Origin: an archaeon
Lineage (GTDB): Archaea; Iainarchaeota; Iainarchaeia; Iainarchaeales; CSSED10-239
Direction of reading: 5' to 3'
Assembly: GCA_035390665.1 (NCBI GenBank)
Contig: DAOOUC010000001.1
Coordinates: 10,651-74,650 of the forward strand
Length of the DNA: 64,000 nt
Shown here: piece after piece, positions 16,577-25,394 of the stretch
How the letters are laid out: the number at the start of each line of letters is the position of its first letter
Numbering within the stretch: the stretch's first letter is position 1
The notes under the pieces: model-generated
Told to the model about the DNA's origin: nothing
Seen by the model: only the letters and a program-made list of their open reading frames with translations
Database searches by the model: none
Position numbers and translations under genes: made by a program

Positions 16577-16782
16577 GTTTTCAAAAAAAGGCATTGTTTT
16601 CGGGGGGGTAGCTGTCCAGTGCAATCTACTGTTTTCTGGTGGGTAATCTGCCCGATTGTGTGTTATTCTAATGGTGCTCCTTTAAAAAATTGCTTTACAC
16701 AAATTTTTGGCTTCTATAAAACCAGACAGTAGAATAACCGGTTTTGCCAGAGATCGGTTGGTAGAGTGCCCGGTTTATTTTT
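16577..16782. repeat. Copy C (long) of the conserved element; candidate structured RNA
   Basis: Block 1 at 16577-16624, block 2 at 16654-16692. A 12-bp long-range helix, ctactgt(ttt)ctggt 16626-16640 pairing with accagacagtag 16721-16732, encloses block 2. Ends in TTTATTTTT (16774-16782). Confidence 0.8.
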
Positions 16783-18061
16783 GAGATAATAGCCACTGAT
16801 ATAATGGAATATAATATATTGTATTTTTGCCAAGCTTTTCTTCTTTAGATAGATCTTTAGTAATTATTGTGCCTTTATCTATATTTAATGAAGCCATAGC
16901 TTCTAGAAGACCATTTATTTCTCTATCTTTTGTAGAGTCATTAAAATCAAAACAAACTTGTATTGCTTCTACTTTGTTATTAGTTACGGCAATAAAATCA
17001 CATTCGCTTTTACCTTTAAAATAGTAAACTTCTTTATTTTTTCTTTTTAGCTCAATAAAAACAAGATTTTCAAAATTCCAGCCATCGTTAGTGCCTGGTC
17101 TTTTAAGTAAACAATTAGAAAGACCTGTATCTATTACATAACATTTTTTAGGATTACTGTTTTGTTTTCTTTTTGAATTTGAATATATTGGTACAAAGAA
17201 AAAATACATTGTGTTATCTATATAATCTGAAAACAAATAAAGTGTGTCTTTACTTATTGCTCTATTTTGAGACTTTAAATAATTATAATAGCTATTTACT
17301 GAAAAACCCCTTGAGTTGTTATTTACTAAATACAAAAGTAAATCTTTAACTATGTCTATTTGCTTTATGTTATATCTTTCTATAATGTCTCTAAAAATTA
17401 GAACATTAAAATAATTTTGTAGAACTTCGCACCTTATTTGTGAATCTATTGCTATTACTTCTGGAAAGCCCCCATTTGTTAGATAGTTTTCTAATTCTCT
17501 AACTAAGACATGCCTTTTAGAAGAATATATAGTTGTATTATCAACCTTAATTCCCTTAAACTCTAAATATTCTATAAAACTAAAAGGATAAACATAAATA
17601 TCATAGGTTCTACCTCTTAATTCTGTTGATATTTCTTTACTTAATAATTTTGCTGAAGAGCCAGTAATAAATATTTTACATCTCTCTTTGTCGTAAATTC
17701 TTCGTATAAATTTTTGCCAACCATCTACACTTTGAATTTCATCAAAGAAAAAATAAATTTCCTCACCTTTATTTTGAGGATATAACTCAAAGTAATAATC
17801 TAAAATCTTTTGAAAATCAGTTATATTAAAATCCGAAAGTCTTTCATCTTCAAAATTTAAATATATTATTTTATCTTTTGAGATATCTTTTAAATCATAT
17901 ATTATCTGATATAGCATACTTGTTTTACCTGATCTTCTTGGGCCAATTATTGTAATTATCTTATTTATATCTGGTATTTTATAATATCTAGGCAATAATT
18001 TTTTTTCAGGACACCCTTCTAATAATATTACTTTAAATAATTCTTTGTCTAACATAAACAC
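16775..18061 (-). CDS. AAA+ ATPase of the COG1373 type (AAA domain plus DUF4143-like C-terminus)
   Basis: Walker A GPRRSGKTS, Walker B FFFDEIQ. 428 aa. Confidence 0.75.
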   Translation of the reverse strand: MFMLDKELFKVILLEGCPEKKLLPRYYKIPDINKIITIIGPRRSGKTSMLYQIIYDLKDISKDKIIYLNFEDERLSDFNITDFQKILDYYFELYPQNKGEEIYFFFDEIQSVDGWQKFIRRIYDKERCKIFITGSSAKLLSKEISTELRGRTYDIYVYPFSFIEYLEFKGIKVDNTTIYSSKRHVLVRELENYLTNGGFPEVIAIDSQIRCEVLQNYFNVLIFRDIIERYNIKQIDIVKDLLLYLVNNNSRGFSVNSYYNYLKSQNRAISKDTLYLFSDYIDNTMYFFFVPIYSNSKRKQNSNPKKCYVIDTGLSNCLLKRPGTNDGWNFENLVFIELKRKNKEVYYFKGKSECDFIAVTNNKVEAIQVCFDFNDSTKDREINGLLEAMASLNIDKGTIITKDLSKEEKLGKNTIYYIPLYQWLLSQK

Positions 18062-18094
18062 ACACCATAATATATTTAGTTACAAACACATTAA

Positions 18095-18152
18095 AAAGGT
18101 TTCCTTCTAAAAAGGAAAGATTTTACTAAAGGTTTCCTTCTAAAAAGGAAAG
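18095..18152. promoter_or_regulatory. Two tandem 25-bp copies of AAAGGTTTCCTTCTAAAAAGGAAAG, each an inverted repeat
   Basis: Copies at 18095-18119 and 18128-18152 (33-bp period), 34-91 nt upstream of the ATPase start at 18061. Inner palindrome TTTCCTT-CTAAAA-AGGAAA. Confidence 0.55.
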
Positions 18153-18171
18153 GATTGAAAAAACATAAGAA

Positions 18172-18840
18172 TTATCTTCTTAGTTTAGATAATTCTGCAT
18201 TTTCTCTTTTTAGATCATATATCATCTGAGCATAACCATGAGTCATTTCTGTTATTATGTGACTTGTTTGTTGAAGATCAGAAATTGTAACTGTGTATTT
18301 ATCTGGTTTTAAGATTTCAACAGAAGTTGCCCCATAAAAGTAAATTAATCTAAATAAAGAACTTATATTTGGGCAACTAAGCTCTGCAGAAATAAAAGTA
18401 GAAAAAAGATCTTCATGAAGTATAATTTCAGCAATATCTAAAGAATATATAGTATAAACTTCATCAGTTTTTAATGCAGAACTAATTTGCTCCATTGCTT
18501 TTCTTAAATCTCCTTTATCATTAGCTTTAGATTCAATTAAAATTGCAACCTTTATTTGGTTCTTATCAGTTTCTGCAATTTTCTTTTTTTCAGATAAACT
18601 TTCTTGAACTTCTTTAGATAAAGAGTACTTTATTGGGTATCCTTCCTTAGTTATTAACTTTAAAAACAACATATTTTTTAGAACCTTAATAAGTTCGTCA
18701 TATTTTGCGCCAGGAATTGCAGACAATAACTCATCTTCGGTTTTAGAACCGTTTTTAAGTTCTTTGCCAACAAGGGTTTGTAACTCTTGTATTGCAACTC
18801 TTTCCTTTAATTGAGAGGATTCATAATCTAATTCAGTCAT
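18172..18840 (-). CDS. Hypothetical protein, possible N-terminal winged helix
   Basis: 222 aa. No diagnostic motif recognised. Confidence 0.3.
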   Translation of the reverse strand: MTELDYESSQLKERVAIQELQTLVGKELKNGSKTEDELLSAIPGAKYDELIKVLKNMLFLKLITKEGYPIKYSLSKEVQESLSEKKKIAETDKNQIKVAILIESKANDKGDLRKAMEQISSALKTDEVYTIYSLDIAEIILHEDLFSTFISAELSCPNISSLFRLIYFYGATSVEILKPDKYTVTISDLQQTSHIITEMTHGYAQMIYDLKRENAELSKLRR

Positions 18841-18911
18841 ATATTTTCACATTTAATATATAATTTATTAGAGATTAAGTATTTAAAAGGTTTATAATCT
18901 AGAAATAATAG

Positions 18912-19145
18912 ATGAACTACTTATATTTACTTACTGGAATTATACTAATAATTGTTGCAATAATTATATTTGGATTATTAAAAAACATCTTACTAAATAG
19001 TATTCTAGGAGCACTTGGGTTTTTAGTTTGCTATTTTATATTTGGAATAAAACTTCCTTTATTACCAACAATAATAGTATCTTCCATTTTTGGACTAGCG
19101 GGCCTTGGAGCAATGCTTGTCTTAAGATTTTTTGGAATTTCTTAA
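18912..19145 (+). CDS. Small multi-TM membrane protein (BofA-like, tentative)
   Basis: 77 aa, glycine-rich hydrophobic helices. Confidence 0.3.
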   Translation: MNYLYLLTGIILIIVAIIIFGLLKNILLNSILGALGFLVCYFIFGIKLPLLPTIIVSSIFGLAGLGAMLVLRFFGIS

Positions 19146-19148
19146 AAA

Positions 19149-19415
19149 TCAAAAATAACCCTTATACCATTTTTCATATTGTGTATGATTTCCTACAAAA
19201 ACAACTGTTCTTGTTTTTGTGATTTTATTTTCAAAAAATGCAATTCTGTATTGCCCAACTTCTAAAATAAAAAAATTTACTTTATTAAAATGTCTAGCAC
19301 AGATATCAAATTGTAATTTATTTATTTTTTTAAAAATGTGTTCTTGGATTGTTTGATCTAAATCATTAAAATAAATATCCCAATTATTATCAAAATTTAT
19401 AGTCCATGTGCCCAT
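19149..19415 (-). CDS. RelE/ParE-superfamily toxin-like protein
   Basis: 88 aa. QYRIAFF...VVFVGNHTQYEKWY resembles the RelE/ParE C-terminal pattern. Paired with an upstream small gene. Confidence 0.5.
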   Translation of the reverse strand: MGTWTINFDNNWDIYFNDLDQTIQEHIFKKINKLQFDICARHFNKVNFFILEVGQYRIAFFENKITKTRTVVFVGNHTQYEKWYKGYF

Positions 19416-19482
19416 AAAAATAGGAATAAATTAAAATATATAATAAAATGTAATTACAACTATTTTGGATAAATGAAAAAAA

Positions 19483-19758
19483 TTACTTCTTTTTTAACAA
19501 ATGCTCGTGCTTTTTCATAACTTCTTCATAAGTTATGTATTTCTGATTATTTGCTTTCATTTCTTTTTCTTTTTTCTTAAATGCAGCGATTAATTTTGGA
19601 TCATTTATTTCTTTTATAGTATCTACTAGTTGATATTTATCATTCAATGTTAGAATGCTAATCTTTAAAGCATCAGTTTTGGATCTAGCAATACCTACTT
19701 CTACTGCTTTTTGTAATACTAATTCTGGAAACCCTTTAATTTCTACTGTTGTTCTCAT
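19483..19758 (-). CDS. Putative antitoxin of the RelE-like toxin
   Basis: 91 aa, upstream on the same strand. Architecture-based assignment only. Confidence 0.35.
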   Translation of the reverse strand: MRTTVEIKGFPELVLQKAVEVGIARSKTDALKISILTLNDKYQLVDTIKEINDPKLIAAFKKKEKEMKANNQKYITYEEVMKKHEHLLKKK

Positions 19759-19808
19759 GCATCAATTCACTATGTATTTAATGCACAGAAATATTTAAAA
19801 AATAATAG

Positions 19809-20672
19809 TTAAATGTTCCCTAAATAAACATTTTCTAAACCTTTGTCTTTTGCTATTTTTTCTGCAAGCTTTAAGGTTTCTATTTTGGTTGGAGTGATGT
19901 GTTTTAGACGATAATGTGGAAAAGATCTAGAAAAATGTAGAGGGATTTTTGGAGAAACAGAAACAATAAAGTCAACAACCTCTTCTATTTCTTCTTTTGA
20001 AGTATTATAATTTTCAATCAAAAGATTTGTTATCTCTATGTGAATGTTGTGGTTGTGTAGCTCTTTAATGTTTTCTTTAATGTGCTTTGTTTGTATGCCT
20101 GGAATTAAAGTATCATAAAATTTTTGTGCCCCTTTTAAATCAACATTAATGGCATCTAAATATGGAAGAATATCTTTTAAATACTCTTTTGAAAAATAAG
20201 CATTACTTACAAAGATATTTTTTATACCTAACTTCTTTGTTTTTTTCATAATATCTAATGCATAGTCTCCAAACACAGTTGGTTCTGTGTAAGTGTAAGA
20301 GATTGATGGACAATTATTTTCAAGAGCCATATTAATTATATCATCAGAAGTAAATTCCTTTAATTTAGATAAATCAATATTCTTGCTGTTTGAGATTGTG
20401 TGATTTTGACAAAATGCGCAATCAAAATTACAACCTGGTGTTCCAAAAGAAAGAGTTCTTGTTTTTGGTAAAAAATGATAAAGTGGCTTTTTTTCTATAG
20501 GATCAATATTAATAGAAATTGGCTTATTATAAACTAAAGAAAAAAGTTTTCCATCAATATTTTTTCTAACCTTACAAAAACCAGTTTCGTTTTCTCTAAT
20601 AACACAAAAACGACAACATAGATTACACAAAACCTTATTATCATCAAGAGATTTAAAATATTTTGATAACAT
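19809..20672 (-). CDS. Radical SAM enzyme of the AmmeMemoRadiSam / PflA-like activase type
   Basis: CNFDCAFCQN (Cx3Cx2C) cluster preceded by an N-terminal CNLCCRFC...C cysteine motif. 287 aa. Confidence 0.75.
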   Translation of the reverse strand: MLSKYFKSLDDNKVLCNLCCRFCVIRENETGFCKVRKNIDGKLFSLVYNKPISINIDPIEKKPLYHFLPKTRTLSFGTPGCNFDCAFCQNHTISNSKNIDLSKLKEFTSDDIINMALENNCPSISYTYTEPTVFGDYALDIMKKTKKLGIKNIFVSNAYFSKEYLKDILPYLDAINVDLKGAQKFYDTLIPGIQTKHIKENIKELHNHNIHIEITNLLIENYNTSKEEIEEVVDFIVSVSPKIPLHFSRSFPHYRLKHITPTKIETLKLAEKIAKDKGLENVYLGNI

Positions 20673-20704
20673 AAAAAAAAGAAAAAATAAGATTAATTAA
20701 AATC

Positions 20705-20955
20705 TTATCTTGGTCTTAGGAAGAAAAAATAACCTACTGCTCCAATAACAACTAAAATTCCACCAATTATTGTTACTACTCCGCCTGGGCTACTTGCAAA
20801 ACCTGCAAAACCTGTTAAGCCACTTGGACTTGGAGTTTCAGCAATTGGAGTTTCTTCTAATTGAGTAGTTTCAATAGGGGTTTCAACAACAGGGGTTAAT
20901 GTTTCTCCATTACCTGCATTTGTATTTTCTGGAACAGGTTGTGGTTGTTCAACTA
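20705..20955. repeat. 251-nt segment near-identical to 21716..21966 (shared C-terminal linker and anchor coding region)
   Basis: Direct comparison shows only 3 substitutions, all synonymous (ttc cta vs ttt tta; gtt vs gtc). Confidence 0.9.
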
Positions 20956-21688
20956 CTGGTTCTGAAACTACTGGAGTCTCTTGAACAGGAGCTTCTGCTG
21001 GTTCAACAACCTCGGTAACTGGAGTTGGTCTAATTCTTCTTCCACCGCCTCCACCTGTTGTTGCAGGAGCAATTACATTAACTGTTCTTGTAACTTCTAT
21101 TGCGCCATTACCTGCTCTGTCTTTAACATTATATGTTATTGTATATGTTCCTACTGTTGTTGTATCTACTGGATTAACTGTTATTACAACGTCTGTGATA
21201 TCTCCGTCTACATCGTCTGTGGCGGTTACACCTGCGTCTGTGTATGTTTCTCCTAAAGTTACATTAACTGTTGCATCGCCTAATAATGTTATTACTGGTG
21301 CAACTTCATCTACTGGTGGTACTGGTGGTTCTATCATTTTTGGAAAGACTCTTACAATTCTTGTAACTTCATCTGCTGCATTACCTGCAGCATCACTTAC
21401 ATTATAAGCAATTGTGTGAGGACCAATAACGGTTGTATCAACAGGTAACCCTGTAACCACTATACGCTCAGTTATATGTTTATCTATGTTATCTTCTGCT
21501 GTTGCGCCGGCATCAACATAAATTCCGCCTTCTTCTATATGAACAACTGCATCTCCTAGTAAAGTTATTACTGGTGCAATTTCATCTAATTCTATAGGTG
21601 GTAGCCCTTCAGATGGATCTGCAAAAATAGGAGATAACAATAGCATAAAAGAAACTATTATCGCGATTATATTTTTTGTGGTTTTCAA
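20705..21688 (-). CDS. Surface protein with two Ig-like (DUF5011-like) repeats, a Pro/Thr/Glu linker and a C-terminal TM anchor
   Basis: Signal peptide. Repeats (I/V)APVITLLGDA...YTDAG(A/V)TA.D...G.(H/Y)TI.YNV.D.AGN...VTR.V.V. Tail GLTGFAGFASSPGGVVTIIGGILVVIGAVGYFFFLRPR. Confidence 0.6.
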   Translation of the reverse strand: MKTTKNIIAIIVSFMLLLSPIFADPSEGLPPIELDEIAPVITLLGDAVVHIEEGGIYVDAGATAEDNIDKHITERIVVTGLPVDTTVIGPHTIAYNVSDAAGNAADEVTRIVRVFPKMIEPPVPPVDEVAPVITLLGDATVNVTLGETYTDAGVTATDDVDGDITDVVITVNPVDTTTVGTYTITYNVKDRAGNGAIEVTRTVNVIAPATTGGGGGRRIRPTPVTEVVEPAEAPVQETPVVSEPVVEQPQPVPENTNAGNGETLTPVVETPIETTQLEETPIAETPSPSGLTGFAGFASSPGGVVTIIGGILVVIGAVGYFFFLRPR

Positions 21689-21715
21689 AATTTTTCACCA
21701 TTTTTTATTTTTATT

Positions 21716-21966
21716 TTATCTTGGTCTTAAAAAGAAAAAATAACCTACTGCTCCAATAACAACTAAAATTCCACCAATTATTGTTACTACTCCGCCTGGG
21801 CTACTTGCAAAACCTGCAAAACCTGTTAAGCCACTTGGACTTGGAGTTTCAGCAATTGGAGTTTCTTCTAATTGAGTAGTTTCAATAGGGGTTTCAACAA
21901 CAGGGGTTAATGTTTCTCCATTACCTGCATTTGTATTTTCTGGGACAGGTTGTGGTTGTTCAACTA
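21716..21966. repeat. Second copy of the 251-nt C-terminal anchor coding repeat
   Basis: See 20705..20955. Confidence 0.9.
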
Positions 21967-23914
21967 TTGGTGTTGGTATTGGGTTTGGAATTTCTGGTGC
22001 TTGTGTCTCTTGTGTTGTAATTGCAGGAGTTATTCTTGTTCCTCCGCCTGTTGAATAAATATTTATTGAATTATCTGCTTCTGTTAGATTTTCGGCTTCA
22101 TCTTTTGCAATAACTTTAACTTCTTGATCTCCTAATGGTAATGTATCGTTAACTTCTACACTCCAGGTTTCCCCAGAAATTGTTGCTTTGTAGGTGTTGC
22201 TATTTATAACAACAGAAACATCTGTTGCATTCTTATCTTTTACTTTTCCTGTAATGACTGGGGTTCTATCTGTTGTAGATAAACTATCCATCTCAATTAT
22301 AGGATTAGTTTTATCAATAATAATCTTTTGAGTTTTTAATATCGCATTTCCATAATTATCTTTCAAACGAACAGACAATAAATATTCTCCCTCTTCTAAA
22401 GGAAGAACTGGTGCCGTTCCAGAAACTGAATTACTTAAGTCAATTTCAAATTTACCATCATTAAATAACACATTATATTTTCTATAATTTAATTGGTTTG
22501 GTTTTGTTGATCTAAGCATTGCAATCATTGTTGTTTCAGCAATAGGATTAACCATTATTTTTCCATTTATTTTCTCTGGAGATGTATTTTTTACTAATCT
22601 TGTACCATTATCTAAATCAAAATAAACTTCTTTTGTACTTATCTTTAATTGAACAGTGACTTCATCAACATTTTGTGCAGAATCATAAGCTTTTACTAAA
22701 ACCTTATATTCCCCATCTTTTAATTTATCTAAATTACAAGTAATATAATTATATCCATTTGCAATACTTGGGCTATATCTTACGACACAATCTTTTAGTT
22801 CCGAATATTCTGTGTCTTGTATTGAATACTTGACAATAATTATTTCATTTAATTTATCTATTATTGTTCCTGTAATATTTATATCTGAAACATTAGATAA
22901 TATTGTTTCTTTATCTAATTCAAGTTCTGGAGCAATTAAATCTTTTTTTAAATCCCCCATATATTCTTTACTTACATTATCATAAGCATCAGAAACAGTT
23001 ATCTTAAATCTAACAAATCCATCATCAAGGGAAGATAAATCTAATCCTTCTAATTTTTCAAAACTTAAAGTATTTACTGAGTCTTCAAATATTAATTTAA
23101 TATTTTTATATTCTTTTGTTGTTTTTATTTTTAAAGAATAATTTTTATAATTTGATGCATTAATATTTGGTGCATCTACTTTTTGTATTTCAGGAAGAAT
23201 TGTATCTTTAATAACATATTGAGAATAATCTGTAGAATTATTTGCTCTATCTACTACTTCTAAATTAATTTTTATTTTACCGTCATCAAAATCCGATAAA
23301 TCAATAATTATTGAAATTGGACAACCGCTAGCTATCATTACTGGATTTGCAAGACATTCCTCAAAATGCCCTCTTAATTCTTCTGATTTTGTTATTGTTT
23401 TTGTTTTACCTGTTATTGTATAATTTAGAATTGAATCTTTTTCAATTTCTTCTAATTTAAAAAATATGGGGTAAGCTTCTTTATTATGATAATTAATTGC
23501 ACCTAAAGACACTACGTCAAACTTTGGTCTTGTTGCATCAATTGATTTTAGAACAATCTCTTCGTTTTCTTTCTCTAAGATTTTTCCATCTTCTAATAAT
23601 CCCTTTATATTTCCTAACTGTAATGGAATTTCTTGAGAACTGTCTCCTTCTTCTACCTTATAAGTAGCAACATATTCTTTAGAGTCTTCTGTTGTCCAAG
23701 TTAGTTCTTTAGAATTATACTCTTTTGGCTCAATTTCTGAAACGATTGCTGGTTCATTTAAAAGAACATAGAAAGAGATTGAATCGCCTATTCCTAAAAA
23801 ACCTTTTTCTTTAGCATCTGAACCCACTTGCATTATATCTGGATCAGCAAAAACCCCAGATATTAATAAAACAAAAATAAATATTACACTTAAATTTTTA
23901 AAAACATTTTTCAT
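21716..23914 (-). CDS. Large secreted surface protein (Ig-like beta-rich repeats) with the same C-terminal anchor as 20705..21688
   Basis: Signal peptide VIFIFVLLISGVFA. 732 aa. The last 82 aa are identical to those of the downstream gene. Confidence 0.55.
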   Translation of the reverse strand: MKNVFKNLSVIFIFVLLISGVFADPDIMQVGSDAKEKGFLGIGDSISFYVLLNEPAIVSEIEPKEYNSKELTWTTEDSKEYVATYKVEEGDSSQEIPLQLGNIKGLLEDGKILEKENEEIVLKSIDATRPKFDVVSLGAINYHNKEAYPIFFKLEEIEKDSILNYTITGKTKTITKSEELRGHFEECLANPVMIASGCPISIIIDLSDFDDGKIKINLEVVDRANNSTDYSQYVIKDTILPEIQKVDAPNINASNYKNYSLKIKTTKEYKNIKLIFEDSVNTLSFEKLEGLDLSSLDDGFVRFKITVSDAYDNVSKEYMGDLKKDLIAPELELDKETILSNVSDINITGTIIDKLNEIIIVKYSIQDTEYSELKDCVVRYSPSIANGYNYITCNLDKLKDGEYKVLVKAYDSAQNVDEVTVQLKISTKEVYFDLDNGTRLVKNTSPEKINGKIMVNPIAETTMIAMLRSTKPNQLNYRKYNVLFNDGKFEIDLSNSVSGTAPVLPLEEGEYLLSVRLKDNYGNAILKTQKIIIDKTNPIIEMDSLSTTDRTPVITGKVKDKNATDVSVVINSNTYKATISGETWSVEVNDTLPLGDQEVKVIAKDEAENLTEADNSINIYSTGGGTRITPAITTQETQAPEIPNPIPTPIVEQPQPVPENTNAGNGETLTPVVETPIETTQLEETPIAETPSPSGLTGFAGFASSPGGVVTIIGGILVVIGAVGYFFFLRPR

Positions 23915-24119
23915 TTATTTTTCACCTAGTTTATTATATAGTTGAAGACTTATTTGAATGATAAAAATAGTAAGTTTGTATGCAAGTAACTTAATATAAA
24001 TTATTGGGCAGAAATGTTTATAAAGAGGAAAACTTTGGAAAATAAATACTAAATGTATATATACTAGTTTTTTAACAAATAACAAACATATTATATATTT
24101 TTTTAATAACTATCTTATT

Positions 24120-25394
24120 ATGAAATACAATATTGACCTACACGTTCATTCTCCTTATGCTGCAGGAGTTTCTAAAAATATGTCTGTTCCTGAACTTTCA
24201 AAAGAGGCAAAATTAAAGGGATTAGATCTATTGGGTACAGGAGATATACTTCACCCTACTTGGTTTGAACATTGCAAGGATAACCTAAAAGAAGAAAATG
24301 GGTGTTTTCATTTTAAAGACGATTTAGGAGAATTAAAAACCTATTTTATACTTTCTACAGAAGTAGAAACAAAAGGACGAGTACATCATCTTCTTTTCTT
24401 TAAAGATTTTAAACAAGTATTAGAATTTAGAAAAGAACTTGAAAAATTCTCAAGCGATATGATGGTTTATGGTGGTGGAAGACCAAGATTGTCAATTGGC
24501 CCTGAAGAACTTCTTGTAATTTGTGTTAGACACAAAGTTATTATCGGACCAGCTCACGCCTTTACTCCTTATTTTGGAATATATGCTAACAATGATTCTT
24601 TAGAAAAAGCATACGGGGGCTTATGGAAAGAAATTAAATTTATTGAACTTGGGCTTTCTGCAGATTCTATTACTGCAAATCTAATACCTGAACTTAAAGA
24701 AATTAAATTTTTTTCATTTTCAGATGCACACTCTCCAAACAGCTATAGGATTGGAAGAGAACACGTGTGTGTTGAAATGGAAAAACCAAATTTTGACTCT
24801 TTAAAAAATCTTTTATATGATAAAGGCAAAAACTACATTATCTATAATGTAGGATATAATCCACAAGAAGGAAAATACAATAGAACAGCATGTAAAAACT
24901 GTAGAAAAATACACTCTCTTGCTGATGCAATTAAATTTAATTGGAAATGCTCTAAATGTAAGGGCCCTTTAAAGAAAGGAGTAGAAGATAGAATTAAAGA
25001 AATTGCAAAAATGCAAGGTAATGTTGAATTAAAACAAATAAGAGAAAGGCCAGAATATAAATATCTAATACCTCTAGCAGAAATCATACAAACAGAAATT
25101 GGGAAAAAAGGAATGTACGATAAACGTGTTTTAGAAAAATACACAAAAATGATTGCCAAATACACAGAAATAGAAATTATGTTAGAATTACCTGAAGAGA
25201 AATTAAATGAGATAGATGTCGATATTGCAAAATTAATAATGGCTTTTAGAAAAGGCCTTGTTGTTTTTAGACCTGGCGGGGCCGGGTACTACGGAGAACC
25301 ATTTATCTGTTTTACTGAAGAAGAAAAACAAAAAAAAGAAGCAGAAATATTAAAAGAACAAGAAATTAAATACTTGCAAAAAACACTATTTTGA
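24120..25394 (+). CDS. Endonuclease Q (PHP-domain nuclease cleaving 5' of deaminated bases)
   Basis: 424 aa, collinear with remembered Pyrococcus EndoQ. Matching segments: DLHVHSPYA, LLGTGDILHPTW, GPAHAFTP, ELGLSADS, FSDAHSP, zinc finger CKNC...CSKC, PLAEII, RPGGAGYYGE. Confidence 0.85.
   Translation: MKYNIDLHVHSPYAAGVSKNMSVPELSKEAKLKGLDLLGTGDILHPTWFEHCKDNLKEENGCFHFKDDLGELKTYFILSTEVETKGRVHHLLFFKDFKQVLEFRKELEKFSSDMMVYGGGRPRLSIGPEELLVICVRHKVIIGPAHAFTPYFGIYANNDSLEKAYGGLWKEIKFIELGLSADSITANLIPELKEIKFFSFSDAHSPNSYRIGREHVCVEMEKPNFDSLKNLLYDKGKNYIIYNVGYNPQEGKYNRTACKNCRKIHSLADAIKFNWKCSKCKGPLKKGVEDRIKEIAKMQGNVELKQIRERPEYKYLIPLAEIIQTEIGKKGMYDKRVLEKYTKMIAKYTEIEIMLELPEEKLNEIDVDIAKLIMAFRKGLVVFRPGGAGYYGEPFICFTEEEKQKKEAEILKEQEIKYLQKTLF

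Noticed and set aside
10651-16746. AACCGGTT palindromes in both long element copies (10653-10660 and 16736-16743); considered as evidence of a nested insertion or attC-like R sites
   Set aside because: Their positions relative to block 2 are not collinear between the copies. The flanks also do not fit the integron RYYYAAC/GTTRRRY pattern.
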